A stretch of 64,000 nt of DNA from Anolis carolinensis (taxonomy: Eukaryota). Position 1 is the stretch's first letter, and each line of letters opens with the position of its first letter. A model generated the notes under the pieces. The model saw only the letters and a program-made list of their open reading frames with translations. It had not been told where the DNA came from and made no database searches. A program made the position numbers and the translations under genes. The stretch covers positions 20,323,190-20,387,189 of the forward strand of contig NC_085846.1 in the NCBI RefSeq assembly GCF_035594765.1, in the 5' to 3' direction. Positions 1-11,185 of the stretch are shown here, piece by piece.

Positions 1-363
1 TTAAAACTCTAAAATCAGGACGGTAAATAAAGAAACACACTCTGAAAAAGGGAATTCCAGACATGAAACAACCAGGTAACACCTCCCAACAAAGGATTCC
101 CACAGGTAGGAATCAGCCAGACCTTGAAGCTGCAAGGCTTTTCACTCTAATCAAGGTGATTAATTGCAACATTCACACTTGCCTCCAACAGACAAGAATT
201 CTTTCTCCCACCCTGGACCTTCCACAGATATATAAACCTCTCTTGCTTAGTTTCCAACAGACCTCACAACCTCAGAGGATGCCTGCCATAGATGTGGGCG
301 AAACGTCAGGAGAGAATACTTCTGGAACATGGCCACGCAGCCCGAAAGACATACAACAACCCT
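1..363 (+). mobile_element. Penelope-like element 3' end (pLTR), inserted at the SINE tail inside a Helitron copy
   Basis: Same 3'UTR/pLTR as the GIY-YIG-bearing copy at 13564-14210; followed by TAAAGGGTAAA, the same junction as at 1754. Confidence 0.85.
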
Positions 364-1310
364 AAAGGGTAAATGTTTTCCTCCTGACATTAAGTCCAGT
401 CATGTCTGATTCTGGGGTTTGGTGCTCATCTCCATTTCTAAGCCAAAGAGCCAGCCTTGTCCGTAGACTCCTCCAAGGTCATGTGGGATGACTGCATGGA
501 GCGGCGTTACCTTCCCGCTGGAGCAGTACCTATTGATGCACTCACATTTGCATGTTTTTGAACTTCTGGGTTGGCAGAAGCTGGGGCTAACAGTGAGGGC
601 TCACTCTGGTCCCCCAATTCAAATCTGCTGCGGCCTTTCAGTCCAGAATTTCAGCAGCTCAGCGCTTTCACACACTGTGCCATTAGGGGATATTATTTCC
701 TAAAGGTTGTGAATATACAATATTTCTGATTGGTTTTTTTTTGTCTGTTAGAGGCAAGTATGAATGCTGCAATTAGGAAAAATGATAAGGATGTAAAGAC
801 CTTGCAGCTTTAAAGCCTGGCTGTTTCCTCCCTGAGTGAATTTTTTGTTGGGAGGTGTTAGCTGGCCCTGATTGTTTCCTGTCTGGAATTCCCCTGTTTT
901 CAGAGTGGTGTTCTATGCGATATGTTATGTGCTTCTGCCGTCTGTGGCCGTGAGAAAACAGAGCATTTACCAGACTTTGATGATGGGAATACTTTGTGGG
1001 AGGTGTTAGCTGGCCCTCTCACGATATATTGAAAACATTGACTACAAAAATGCGTTGGATAATCCAGAACATTGGATAAGCGAGTGTTGGATAAGTGAGA
1101 CTCCACTGTGATTACTACATAGCATTACTATGCATGGAACTACTTTTTCTGTCAAATTTGTTGTCCAATATGATGTTTTGGTGCTTAATTTGTAAAATCA
1201 TAACCTATTTTGATGTTCAATAGGCTTTTTCTTAATCTCTCCTTATTATCCAACATATTTGCTTATCCAACGTTCTGCCGGCCTACTTATGTTGGATAAG
1301 TGAAACTCTA
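364..1310 (-). mobile_element. Internally deleted copy of the composite Helitron (Sauria SINE 364-690, Penelope fragment ~700-1015, MITE remnants ~1018-1310)
   Basis: Colinear with ~3985-4630 and ~5105-5390 of the full copy. Confidence 0.75.
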
Positions 1311-1532
1311 CATGTTTAATGTTTAATCCCTTGTTTTGGGAGTTGTAGTTGGTGACTGAATGTTTTGTTAATTAATTAATTGAGTAGGGAGTTGTAGTTG
1401 CTGGGATTTATAGTTTTAATAATTATATATTATATATACTAGTTGTGCCCGACCACGCTTTGTTGTGGCGAAGTATGGTGGTATGGGAAATAAAGTATTG
1501 AGGAACTTGTGGTAGTTAAGGTAAAGGGTAAA

Positions 1533-1753
1533 CATGTTGTCGAAGGCTTTCATGGCCGGGATCACAGGGTTGTTGTATGTCTTTCGGGCTGTGTGGCCAT
1601 GTTCCAGAAGTATTCTCTCCTGACGTTTCGCCCACATCTATGGCAGGCATCCTCTGAGGTTGTGAGGTATACCTCACAACCTCTGAGGATGCCTGCCATA
1701 GATGTGGGCGAAACGTCAGGAGAGAATACAGCCCGAAAGACATACAACAACCC
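1533..1753. mobile_element. Short inverted Penelope pLTR insertion with 11-bp TSD
   Basis: TAAAGGGTAAA at 1522-1532 and 1754-1764 (single copy in the empty site at ~3986); the arms are inverted about GAGGTATACCTC. Confidence 0.85.
1678..1720 (+). ncRNA. Minimal type I hammerhead ribozyme motif in Penelope pLTR
   Basis: cct-CTGAGGA-t-GCCTGC-catagat-GTGGGC-GAAAC-GTC-agg; predicted cleavage after C1717. Confidence 0.75.
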
Positions 1754-2908
1754 TAAAGGGTAAATGTTTTTCCCCAGACATTAAGTCCAGTCATGTCTGA
1801 TTCTGGGGTTTGGTGCTCATCTCCATTTCTAAGCCAAAGAGCCAGCCTTGTCCGTAGACTCCTCCAAGGTCATGTGGGATGACTGCATGGAGCGGCGTTA
1901 CCTTCCCGCTGGAGCAGTACCTATTGATGCACTCACATTTGCATGTTTTTGAACTTCTGGGTTGGCAGAAGCTGGGGCTAACAGTGAGGGCTCACTCTGG
2001 TCCCCCAATTCAAACCTGCTGCAGCCTGTCGGTCCAGAATTTCAGCAGCTCAGCGCTTTCACATGCTGTGCCATCAGGGGATATTATTTCTTAAAGGTTG
2101 TGAATATACAATATTTCTGATTTTTTTTTGTCTGTTAGAGGCAAGTATGAATGCTGCAATTAGGAAAAATGATAAGGATGTAATGGCTTTGCAGATTTAC
2201 AGCCAGGCTGTTTCCTCTCTGAGTGAATTTTTTGTTGGGAGGTGTTAGCTGACCCTGATTGTTTCCTGTCTGGAATTCCCGTTTTCAGAGTGGTGTTCTT
2301 TGCGATATGGTATGTGCTTCTGCCGTCTGTGGCCGTGAGAAAACAGAGGATTTACCAGACTTTGATGATGGGAATACTTTGTTGGGAGGTGTTAGCTGGC
2401 CCTGATTGATTCATGACTGGATTTCCCCTGCTTTGCTACACCCATTACAATGGTCCACGCTGGCGTGGCACTTCTGAAGGACAAGAGTTCACTTCCTGAG
2501 AAAGGAAGTGTCTATTCTCCTGGGGCTGCGTTCTCCCAAACAAAACTGATCTGAAGCTAGTCTGAAGTCTGAAAAATCTTCTGAAGAGATATCATGACCA
2601 GGAAACCTTTGTGTAGTACTTGTAGACTAGAAATAACAAAAAAATTAAAATTGTTGCAAAGTTTATTAAAATATTTATTTATTAAAATGCAAGATTGGTG
2701 TTAATTCTATGTAATGTTACTATATGAACATAATGTTGTTAATAAACTTCTGGTTGTAAGGTAAACTCTTTTATCCATTCTATTCACCTCTACCTTCTAC
2801 CTTTTATTTCTCGGTGATTGGGTTTTTTTTGGGGGGGGGGGGGCACCAAAATCCTGTTTCGCTTACACTTGAAAATTTCCTTGGGCCGGCCCTGACTCTA
2901 CTGTATAT

Positions 2909-3055
2909 AGAATCATAGAATAGTAGAGTTGGAAGAGACCTCATGGGCCATCCAGTCCAACCCCCTGCCAAGAAGCAGGAAATCGCATTCAAAGCACCCC
3001 AGACAGATGGCCTTCCAGCTTCTGCTTAAAAGCCTCCAAAGAAGGAGCCTCCACC
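2909..3055 (-). mobile_element. CR1-like LINE 3' end fragment
   Basis: Reverse complement ends ...tccaactctactattctatgattctat, the CR1-type terminal repeat. Confidence 0.7.
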
Positions 3056-3396
3056 TATAAACCTCCCTTGTCTAATGTCCAGTATAACTCACAGCCTCTG
3101 AGGATCACTGCTATAAATGTGGGCAAAACATCAGGAGAGAATGCTTCTGGAACAGGGCCATACAGCCCAGGAAACTCACAGCAACCCAATTGCCAGGCTT
3201 TTTGGCTACTCTTGGACATATCAGGATTCTTAAGCAGCTCTATTCAGCCGTCTTTCTTAGCATTAACTATGGCTGTAGATAATTTGTGGCCTGCTGCTAT
3301 AGTTTCATCACTGTATAGATTCTATAGAGTTCCACCTTGTCTCTTTGCATCAGCTGAAGGCCCCTCCCCCCAGTAACATGCTAAGTTAATTATTAA

Positions 3397-3850
3397 TCTA
3401 TATATATAAAAGAGTGATGGCATCATGGCGACCCACAAAACAACAAAACTACAGGCCCCCCAACCTCGAAATTTGACAACACAACCCATCATCCACGCCT
3501 CTAGGTTGATACAACAAAAAGAAAAGAAAAATAAAGTCCTAATTTGAGAGAGAGGAATAATTGCTTTTATCCAATTGCTGCCAGTTAGAAGCCTAAGCTC
3601 CTCCAACTTGGTCTCCTAGCAACCCAATAAAAAATAATAAAAAACACTAAAAATTAATACAATAAAATACTATAATAACAGAAAATAACTAAAAATAATA
3701 CAAGAAAATAATAAAATACAATAAATAAAAATATAACTTACAATAAAAATTAATAAAAAATGCAAATAACGTCAAATAAAAATTACACAACAATTTTTAA
3801 CCAATACCACCACCACTTTGCCACAGCAACGCGTGGCCGGGTACAGCTAG
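3397..3850 (+). mobile_element. Short non-autonomous Helitron, complete
   Basis: 5' TC after A3396; 3' hairpin GCCAC-agcaacgc-GTGGC (3820-3837), then CTAG (3847-3850), then T; no TSD. Confidence 0.88.
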
Positions 3851-3903
3851 TTTTATATATATATAACACAATAACACAATATAATTTACAATATATAATA
3901 ATA

Positions 3904-5902
3904 CTAGCTGTGCCCGGCCACGCGTTGCTGTGGCGAAGTCTGGTGGTATGGGAAATAAAGTATTGAGGAATTGGTGGTAGTTAAGGTAAAGGGTAAAGGT
4001 TTCCCCCAGACATTAAGTCCAGTCGTATCTGACTCTGGAGGTTGGTGCTTATCTCCATTTCTAAGCCGAAGAGCCGGCGTTGTCCGTAGACTCCTCCAAG
4101 GTCATGTGGGATGACTACATGGAGCGGCGTTACCTTCCCGCCGGAGCAGTACCTATTGATGCACTCACATTTGCATGTTTTCGAACTTCTGGGTTGGCAG
4201 AAGCTGGGGCTAACAGTGGGGGCTCTCTCCGCTCCCCCAATTCAAACCTGTGGCCTTTCGGTCCAGAAGTTCAGCAGCTCAGCGTTTTAACACGCTGCGC
4301 CATCAGGGGATATTATTTCCTAAAGGTTGTGAATATACAACATTTCTGATTGGTTTTGTTTGTTTGTTGGAGGCAAGTATGAATGCTGCAATTAGGAAAA
4401 ATGATTAGGATGTAATGGCCTTGCAGCTTTAAAGCCTGGCTGTTTCCTCCCTGAGTGAATTTTTTGTTGGGAGGTGTTAGCTGGCCCTGATTGTTTCCTG
4501 TCTGGAATTCCCTTGTTTTCAGAGTGGTGTTGTTTGCAATATTTTATGTGCTTCTACTGTCTGTGGCCCTGAGAAAACAGGATTTGCCAGACTTTGATGA
4601 TGGGAATACTTTGTTGGGAGGTGTTAGCTGGCCCTGATTGTTTCCTGTGTGGAATTCCCCTGTTTATTTACTGTCCTGGTTTTAGAGATTATATTGTTCT
4701 GCATTATTCTATCCCAGTAATTATTTCATATTAAAGAAGAATCTCACTTATCCAACATTCGCTTATACAATGTTCTGGATTATCCAACGCAGTCTGCCTT
4801 TTCATAATCAATGTTTTTGTAGTCAGTGTTTTAAATTCATTGTGATATTTTAGTGGTAAATTTGTAAATACAGTACAGTAGAGTCTCACTTATCCAACAT
4901 AAACGGGCCGGCAGAACGTTGGATAAGCGAATATGTTGGATAATGAGGAATTAAGGATAACCCTATTAAACATCAAATTAAGTTATGATTTTACAAATTA
5001 AGCACCAAAACATCATGTTAGACAACAAATTTGTCAGAAAAGTAGTTCAGTACACAGTAATGCTATATAGTAATTACTGTATTTATGAATTTAGCACCAA
5101 AATATCACGATATATTGAAAGCATTGACTACAAAAATGCGTTGGATAATCCAGAACGTTGGATAAGCGAATGTTGGATAAGTGAGACTCTACTGTAAATA
5201 CTACATAGCATTACTGCGCATGGAACTACTTTTTCTGTCAAATTTGTTGTATAATATGATGTTTTGGTGCTTAATTTGTATAACGATTACCTAATTTGAT
5301 GTTTAATTGGCTTTTCCTGAATCCCTTCTTATTATCCAACATATTCACTTATCCTGCCGGCCTGTTTACGTTGGATAAGTGAGACTCTACTGTATATTGA
5401 TAATCTTAAATTATCTGCTTAGAACTGGATTATATGAGGCCCCTTCTTCACAGCTGTATAAAATGCACACTGAAGTGGATTATATGGCAGTGTGGAGTCA
5501 AGAGAATCCAGTGCAAAGCAGATAATATAAGATTATAAATGGGTTATATAGCTGTGTTGAAGGGCCTTGAGTCTACACTGCCATATAATCCAGTGCAAAT
5601 TAGATAATCTGTGGAAGAAGTCTAAGTGAGGCCTAAATCTGCCTGTCCCCTAACTGAAACCTGGCTGTCCCTTGGTTGCTAGGCAACCAAGTGGGCAGAG
5701 ATTAGCCCTCTAAACTGGCAGCAATTGGATAAAAAAAATTATTGCTCTCCCTCTAATTAGGACTTTATTGTTCTTTTCTTTTTGTTGTATCAACCTTGAG
5801 GCGTGGATGATGGGTTGTGTTGTCAAATTTTGAGGTTGGGGGGCCTGTACTTTTGTTGTTTTGTGAATTGCCGTGATGCCATCACTCTTTTATATATATA
5901 GA
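3904..5902 (-). mobile_element. 2-kb composite non-autonomous Helitron, complete
   Basis: Both termini match the 3397-3850 element in reverse; A|T target. Cargo: Sauria SINE (~3983-4308), Penelope fragment (~4320-4680), MITE within a MITE (4741-5392), palindromic MITE fragment (~5420-5625). Confidence 0.88.
4876..5194. mobile_element. Tc1/mariner-type MITE (TIR CAGTAGAGTCTCACTTATCCAAC), nested in an older copy of the same family
   Basis: TIRs and TA duplication on both sides. Confidence 0.9.
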
Positions 5903-6022
5903 TAGATAACATATTGTATATACATATAATATTCATAATATTATATTGTAATACGATATAATACTATAATACAATATAATAATATTAATTATATTTTATA
6001 TGTAATATTACTAATAATATTA

Positions 6023-6345
6023 CAGTAGAGTCTCACTTATCCAACACTCACTTATCCAACGTTCTGGATTATCCAACACATTTTTGTAGTCAATGCTTTC
6101 AATATATCGTGATATTTTGGTGCTAAATTCGTAAATACAGTGATAACTACATAGCATTACTGGGTATTGAACTACTTTTTCTGTTAAATTTGTTGTAAAA
6201 CATGATGTTTTGGTGCTCAGTTTGTAAAATCATAACCTAATTTGATGTTTAATAGGCTTTTCCTTAATCCCTCCTTATTATCCAACATATTTGCTTATCC
6301 AACGTTCTGCCGGCCCGTTTAGCTTGGATAAGTGAGACTCTACTG
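6023..6345. mobile_element. Tc1/mariner-type MITE, same family
   Basis: TIRs and TA TSD. Confidence 0.9.
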
Positions 6346-6481
6346 TACAATATATTGATATAGTACAATATAGTAATTTATTGCCAGTATTGTACTATGG
6401 TAATAATATAATATTGTATGTAAATTTAATTTGTAAGCCGCTCTGAGTCCCCTTCGGGGTGAGAAGGGCGGGATATAAATG

Positions 6482-6550
<69 letters not shown>

Positions 6551-6810
6551 AAATTAAAATCCGTATGTACATGGTGTTCAGCTGGGGAGATGGAGAGGGG
6601 AAAAGCCCTCATAGAGAGGGGTGGGGAGAGAATAGAGTTCACTAGAGAGCACATGAGCACAAGGAAGGGAGGCAACTGTCACTCCTCTGTGTTCTTTTAA
6701 CATTACAAGCTATACAAAATATATAAAAATGTCTTTTTGTTCTGCAGGTGAATGGATCATAGAATCCTGAAAACATCGAAAGCCCCGCTTTTATTTTCAT
6801 AGGTAAGCAG

Positions 6811-7520
6811 TTGCTGAGACACCTGGATAGTGACCCTCTGGTCAACCATGGACATGCAAACACAACACCAGACCAGATAGCTTACCAGCTAATTCAGAAT
6901 GGGAAAACCAACTGCAGCAGAGTAAAGATGAAAATCAACAGGGTGGCAGAACCTGAAACCCACCAGTTGTCATCTCCTTTAAACCTGAAAGAACTCAGAG
7001 AAGCCATCAAGCGATGTAAAACTGGTAAAGCACCTGGCCTAGATGACTTAATGATGGAGCAAATCAAACACTTGGGGCCCAAAGCTGAAAACTGGCATGG
7101 AAGAAAACAAAGATCATTGCCATTTTAAAACCTGGTAAAGATGCCTCCAGTGCCAGGAACTACCGACCAATCTCCCTCTTATGTCATCTATATAAAGTCT
7201 ATGAGAGGATGTTATTAAATCGATTAGGACCTGTCATCGAACCTAAGCTTATTGCACAACAAGCAGGTTTCAGACCAGGGAAAAACTGTACAGGTCAAAT
7301 TCTCCATTTGACTGAACATATCGAGGAAGGCTATGAGAAAGGCTGCATTACGGGAACAGTTTTTGTGGACCTTACGGCAGCCTATGACATGGTGCAACAT
7401 AGAAAAATGCTGCATAAAGTCTACCATATTACCTGGGACTTTGACTTTACAAAAACTGTCTAGACCCTCCTGGAAAACTGCAGCTTCTATGTGGAGTTTC
7501 AGGGCCAGAAAAGCAGAAAA
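6811..7520 (+). pseudogene. Degenerate non-LTR retrotransposon RT fragment (Vingi/ingi-like)
   Basis: GKAPGLDD, YRPISLL, QAGFRPGKNC and FVDLTAAYD, broken by frameshifts and stops. Confidence 0.8.
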
Positions 7521-7689
7521 AGCCATGGAAAGCCATGGAAAAGCTCTCTAAGGACTAACACTGCATAGTGACTGGAGTGCAGCCTACATGTCTGAAGAGG
7601 AGGGTTTCGACCCCCCCCCCCCCCACTTCAGCCCTGGGAGAGGCAGGATGGCCTTGGGCAGGGCACACCCTCTCAGCCTCAGGGGGTCC

Positions 7690-8410
7690 CCAAAGCCCCC
7701 CCCCCACCGTCAGAACCCCCGCCCCGCCACAATCCCTCCTCACAGCCAGGCCCCCCGCCTCCCCCTGCCCCCCATTGAGCCTAGATCGTTTTCCCTACCG
7801 CGCCCCCTTACCCTGCTCAATGAATTCAAGGAGCCAAGGACCCCTGCACCCCAGGCGCCCCCTGTGGGCGTTCAATGAGCGATGGGGCGAAGAGGCCAAA
7901 AACAAAAGGGCCATCATCGAGGCCAGAAGAGAGGAGGCCGCCCAGGCCCCAGCCCCATCCCGCCTGGTTCGGGCCCGGTTGTTCCCCGCTCTCGGGGAGG
8001 CCGGGCCCGGGCCTCAGGCGGGAAATCAGCGGCCCGCTGGCCCTAAGAAACACGGCCCGCTGAAGCCCTTCTTGGGGCGGAACGAGCCGGAGGGGGCGCT
8101 GCCGGTCCTCCCTGTCCCGGGGGCACCCTCAGGCAGGGCCAGGGCCGGGCCTCCACGAAGGGGGCATCCGCGCCGGCAGGAAGGTCCCCCGGGTCCACTG
8201 GCGAGGAGGGAGCCTGAGGGGGCGCTGCCCTCCCTCCACCTGCCCCCTCCCGCCCCGGAGGCCCCTCCTCGTCAGGACCCCATCCACATCAGGGACCCCC
8301 AGGGGCGCTTCCTTCCCGACATCTGGCCGCCCCTCCTGGCTCCTCGCCCACCCTGGCTCCCGCCCAAAATGCCTGACCGGAGATACGGGTAAGTACGCAT
8401 GCGCAGCAAT
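7690..8410. promoter_or_regulatory. CpG island / very GC-rich segment
   Basis: Abrupt GC- and CpG-rich block in an AT-rich background; ends in GG|GTAAGT (8389) followed by ACGCATGCGCA (NRF1-like). Confidence 0.55.
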
Positions 8411-8454
8411 CTGTCTTCACTTCAATGTTTTTTTTTTCTTTTTTCTGTCTAGAG

Positions 8455-8895
8455 TTTCTCTGTTTTCTGAATGTTGTCCTGATTTTAGTTTTTTTTATAA
8501 TACTGGTTGCCAGATATTGTTCATTTTCATGGTTTCCTCCTTTTTGTTGACATTGGCCAAGTGCTTGTGGATTTCAATTTCCAGACATTAAACAATCGGT
8601 GCCAGCTAATCCCTCCCCACAAAGGATTCCGCCAGGCAGGAAGCAGACAGGCTTTGAAGCTGCAAGGCTATTCAATGCTAATCAAGGTGGCCAATTGTAA
8701 TATTCACACTTGCCTCCAACAGACAAGAGTTCTTTTTCCCACCCTGAATATTTCACAGATATATAAACCCCCCTTTTCTAGTGTCCAGTATACCTCACAG
8801 CCTCTGAGGATCCCTGCTATAAATGTGGGCAAAATGTCAGGAGAGAATGCTTCTGGAAAAGGGTCGTACAGCCTGGAAAACTCACAGTAACTCAA
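8455..8895. mobile_element. Older inverted Penelope fragment
   Basis: Minus-strand piece 8455-8575 joined to a plus-strand 3' end with a degenerate hammerhead. Confidence 0.75.
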
Positions 8896-9263
8896 TTGCC
8901 AGGCTCTTTGGCTACTTTTGGACATATCAGAATTCGTAAGCAGCTCTATCCAGCCATCTTTCTTAGCATTAATTTGTGGCTTGCTGCTATAGTTTCATCA
9001 CTGTATATATTCTATATATTTTAATAATTAAAATCCATATGTACACGGTGTTCAGCTAGGGACAATGGAGAGGGGAAAAGCCCTCATAGGGAGAGGTGAG
9101 GAGAGAAAAGAGCACATGAGCACAAGGAAGGGAGGCAACTGTCACTCCTCAGTGCTCTTTTAACATTACAAGCTATACAAAATATATAAAAATGTCTTTT
9201 TGTTCTTCAGGTGAATGGATCATAGAATCCTGAAAACATTGAAAGCCCCACTTTTATTTTCAT

Positions 9264-9683
9264 ACCGTGTTTCCCCGAAAATAAGACAGTGTCTTATATT
9301 AATTTTTGCTCCCAAAGATGTGCTAGGTCTTATTTTCAGGGGATGTCTTATTTTTCCATGAAGAAGAATTCACATTTATTGTTGAATAAAAAATGAACAT
9401 TTATTATATACTGTACAGTAGTTGTCATCACAAACCAACATAACGAGACAAACTGTGAATGCTATCAAAAATTTCCTGTTACTACCATTATTTTCATGTA
9501 CAATTGGTATGGACATTTACCAATCCTGCATGCTCTGGTGTTTTGTTTGGCAGGCGCTGGAGATGCTCCCGAACAAAACCTTTGCTAGGTCTTACTTTCA
9601 GGGGAGGCCTTATATTTAGCAATTCAGCAAAACTTCTACTAGGTCTTATTTTTTGGAGATGTCTTATTTTTGGGGAAACAGGG
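9264..9683. mobile_element. TA-flanked MITE (TIR CCGTGTTTCCCCGAAAATAAGAC); related copy at ~45603-45830
   Basis: TIRs; absent from the paralogous site at 6800. Confidence 0.8.
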
Positions 9684-9823
9684 TAGCTAAGCCAATATTT
9701 TTCAATTAATTAATTTTAATAGATTATCAGCTACAAGAAAATTGTATTGTTGAAGGCTTTCATGGCCTTCATGGGCGTTGTGTGTTTTCCAGGCTGTATG
9801 GCCATGTTCCAGAAGCATTCTCT

Positions 9824-9864
9824 CCTGACGTTTCGCCCACATCTATGGCAGGCATCCTCAGAGG
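9824..9864 (-). ncRNA. Minimal hammerhead motif in a short Penelope 3' fragment (~9745-9895)
   Basis: Reverse complement gives an intact CTGAGGA...GAAACGTC core. Confidence 0.7.
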
Positions 9865-9984
9865 TTGTGAGGTATATTGGAAAAACTAAGCAAGGGAGGT
9901 GGGACAACACATTGCTGCAAAGTGCATGAATCTTACAGCGTGGAATGTGGATACGCCCACAGATGTGGGAAAAAATGGAAGCAA

Positions 9985-10200
9985 AACAAGCAGCCGCGCA
10001 CGAGGACGCATGAGCACAGCTGGAGCAGCCCAGCTGCCTTTTCAAATTTTCGTTTCCCCGCAAAAGGAAAGCCCAGTCATGTGACTCTTTTCAGCTAGTC
10101 ACGTGATGAAGCCTAACTCGATTCAAACGGGGAGCTTCTCTTCCCCAAAGTGCGGCTGGATTTTCGGCGCCTCCCTTCGCTAATAGGAGCAGGTCGGAAT
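9985..10200 (+). promoter_or_regulatory. CpG-enriched candidate promoter and first exon upstream of the LOTUS gene
   Basis: Non-repeat CpG-rich patch with GTCATGTGAC (10076), GTCACGTGAT (10098), two TTCAAA (10041, 10122), E2F-like TTTTCGGCGC (10161), and a weak donor CAG|GTCGGA (10193). Confidence 0.45.
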
Positions 10201-10282
10201 CTGGTTTGTCTTCCTCGGGATGGGCGCTAAGGGTTCCTTGAATGAATGAGTACAGTTTTACTTGCTATGGCTCCTCCGAGCA

Positions 10283-11185
10283 TTGGAGTTCTGGGATTCG
10301 TAGTTTGATCGGGCACCTAAAGACTTTGCAAAACTAAAAGCTTTGGCAGCCAAGGTTATGGAGTCCTGGGATTTGTAGTTTGGTGAGGCACCAGCACTCT
10401 TTGGTTCTATGCCATTGAGCCCTAGCAGTTAATGCTTTGGTGTTCTGGCGTTTGTAGTTTGGTGAGGGCAGCAGCACTCCTTGGCAGAGAAGTCTAAAGA
10501 CTTTGTAAAACTAAAAGCCCCACAATTCTATAACATTGAGCCCTGGCAGCCAATGTTTTGGAGTTCTGGGATTTGTTTTGTGATGCACCAGCATTTTTTG
10601 GCAGAGGAAGCTAAAGATCTTGGGAAACTACATGTCCCATGGTTCTGTGCCATTGAGCCTGAGCCCTAACAATACTTTGAAGTTCTGGCATGCGTAGTTT
10701 GGTGAGGGCAGCAGCACTCTTTGGCAGAGAAGTCTAAAGACTTTGTAAAACTAAAAGCCCCACGATTCTGTAACATTTGAGCCCTGGCAGCCAATGTTTT
10801 GGAGTCCTGGGATTTGTAGTTTTGTGAGGCAACAGCATTCTTCGGCAGAGAAAGCTAGAGATCTTGGGAAACTACATGTCCCATGGTTCTGTGCCATTGA
10901 GTCCTAGCAGCTAATGCTTTGGCATTCTGGGATTTGTAGTTTAGTGAGGGCAGCAGCACTCTTTGGCAGAGAAAGCTTAAGACCTTGGGAGTCCCTTCGG
11001 GGAGATAGAGCGCTATATAAATAAAATTTAATTATTATTATATTATTATTCATTAACTACAGGTCCCATGGTTCTATGACTTTGAGCCCTAGCAGTTAAT
11101 GCTTTGCATTCTGGTATTTGTAGTTTGGTGAAGGCACCCGCACTCTTTGGCAGAGAAGAGTAAAGAGCTCGCAAAACTACGACTT
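10283..11185 (+). repeat. Tandem array of ~120-bp units derived from the centre of a palindromic MITE
   Basis: Recurrent ggatttgtagtttggtgagg...ttggcagagaag...aaaacta; compare the monomeric element at 14311-14524. Confidence 0.85.

Larger units (their letters stand above)
1439..2430 (-). mobile_element. 5'-truncated composite non-autonomous Helitron
   Basis: CTAG 3' end at 1439-1442 with a degenerate hairpin; colinear with 3904-4660. Confidence 0.8.

Noticed and set aside
488-4349. Recurrent short ORFs (MTAWSGVTFP..., MERRYLP...)
   Set aside because: Chance ORFs in antisense Sauria SINE copies.
7568-8392. 274-aa Pro/Ala/Gly/Arg-rich ORF
   Set aside because: Starts at GTG inside a decayed SINE, has no recognisable domain, and long ORFs are expected in very GC-rich DNA.
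10283-11185. CRISPR-like repeat-spacer array
   Set aside because: Eukaryotic DNA; whole units repeat with no unique spacers, and they derive from a MITE.
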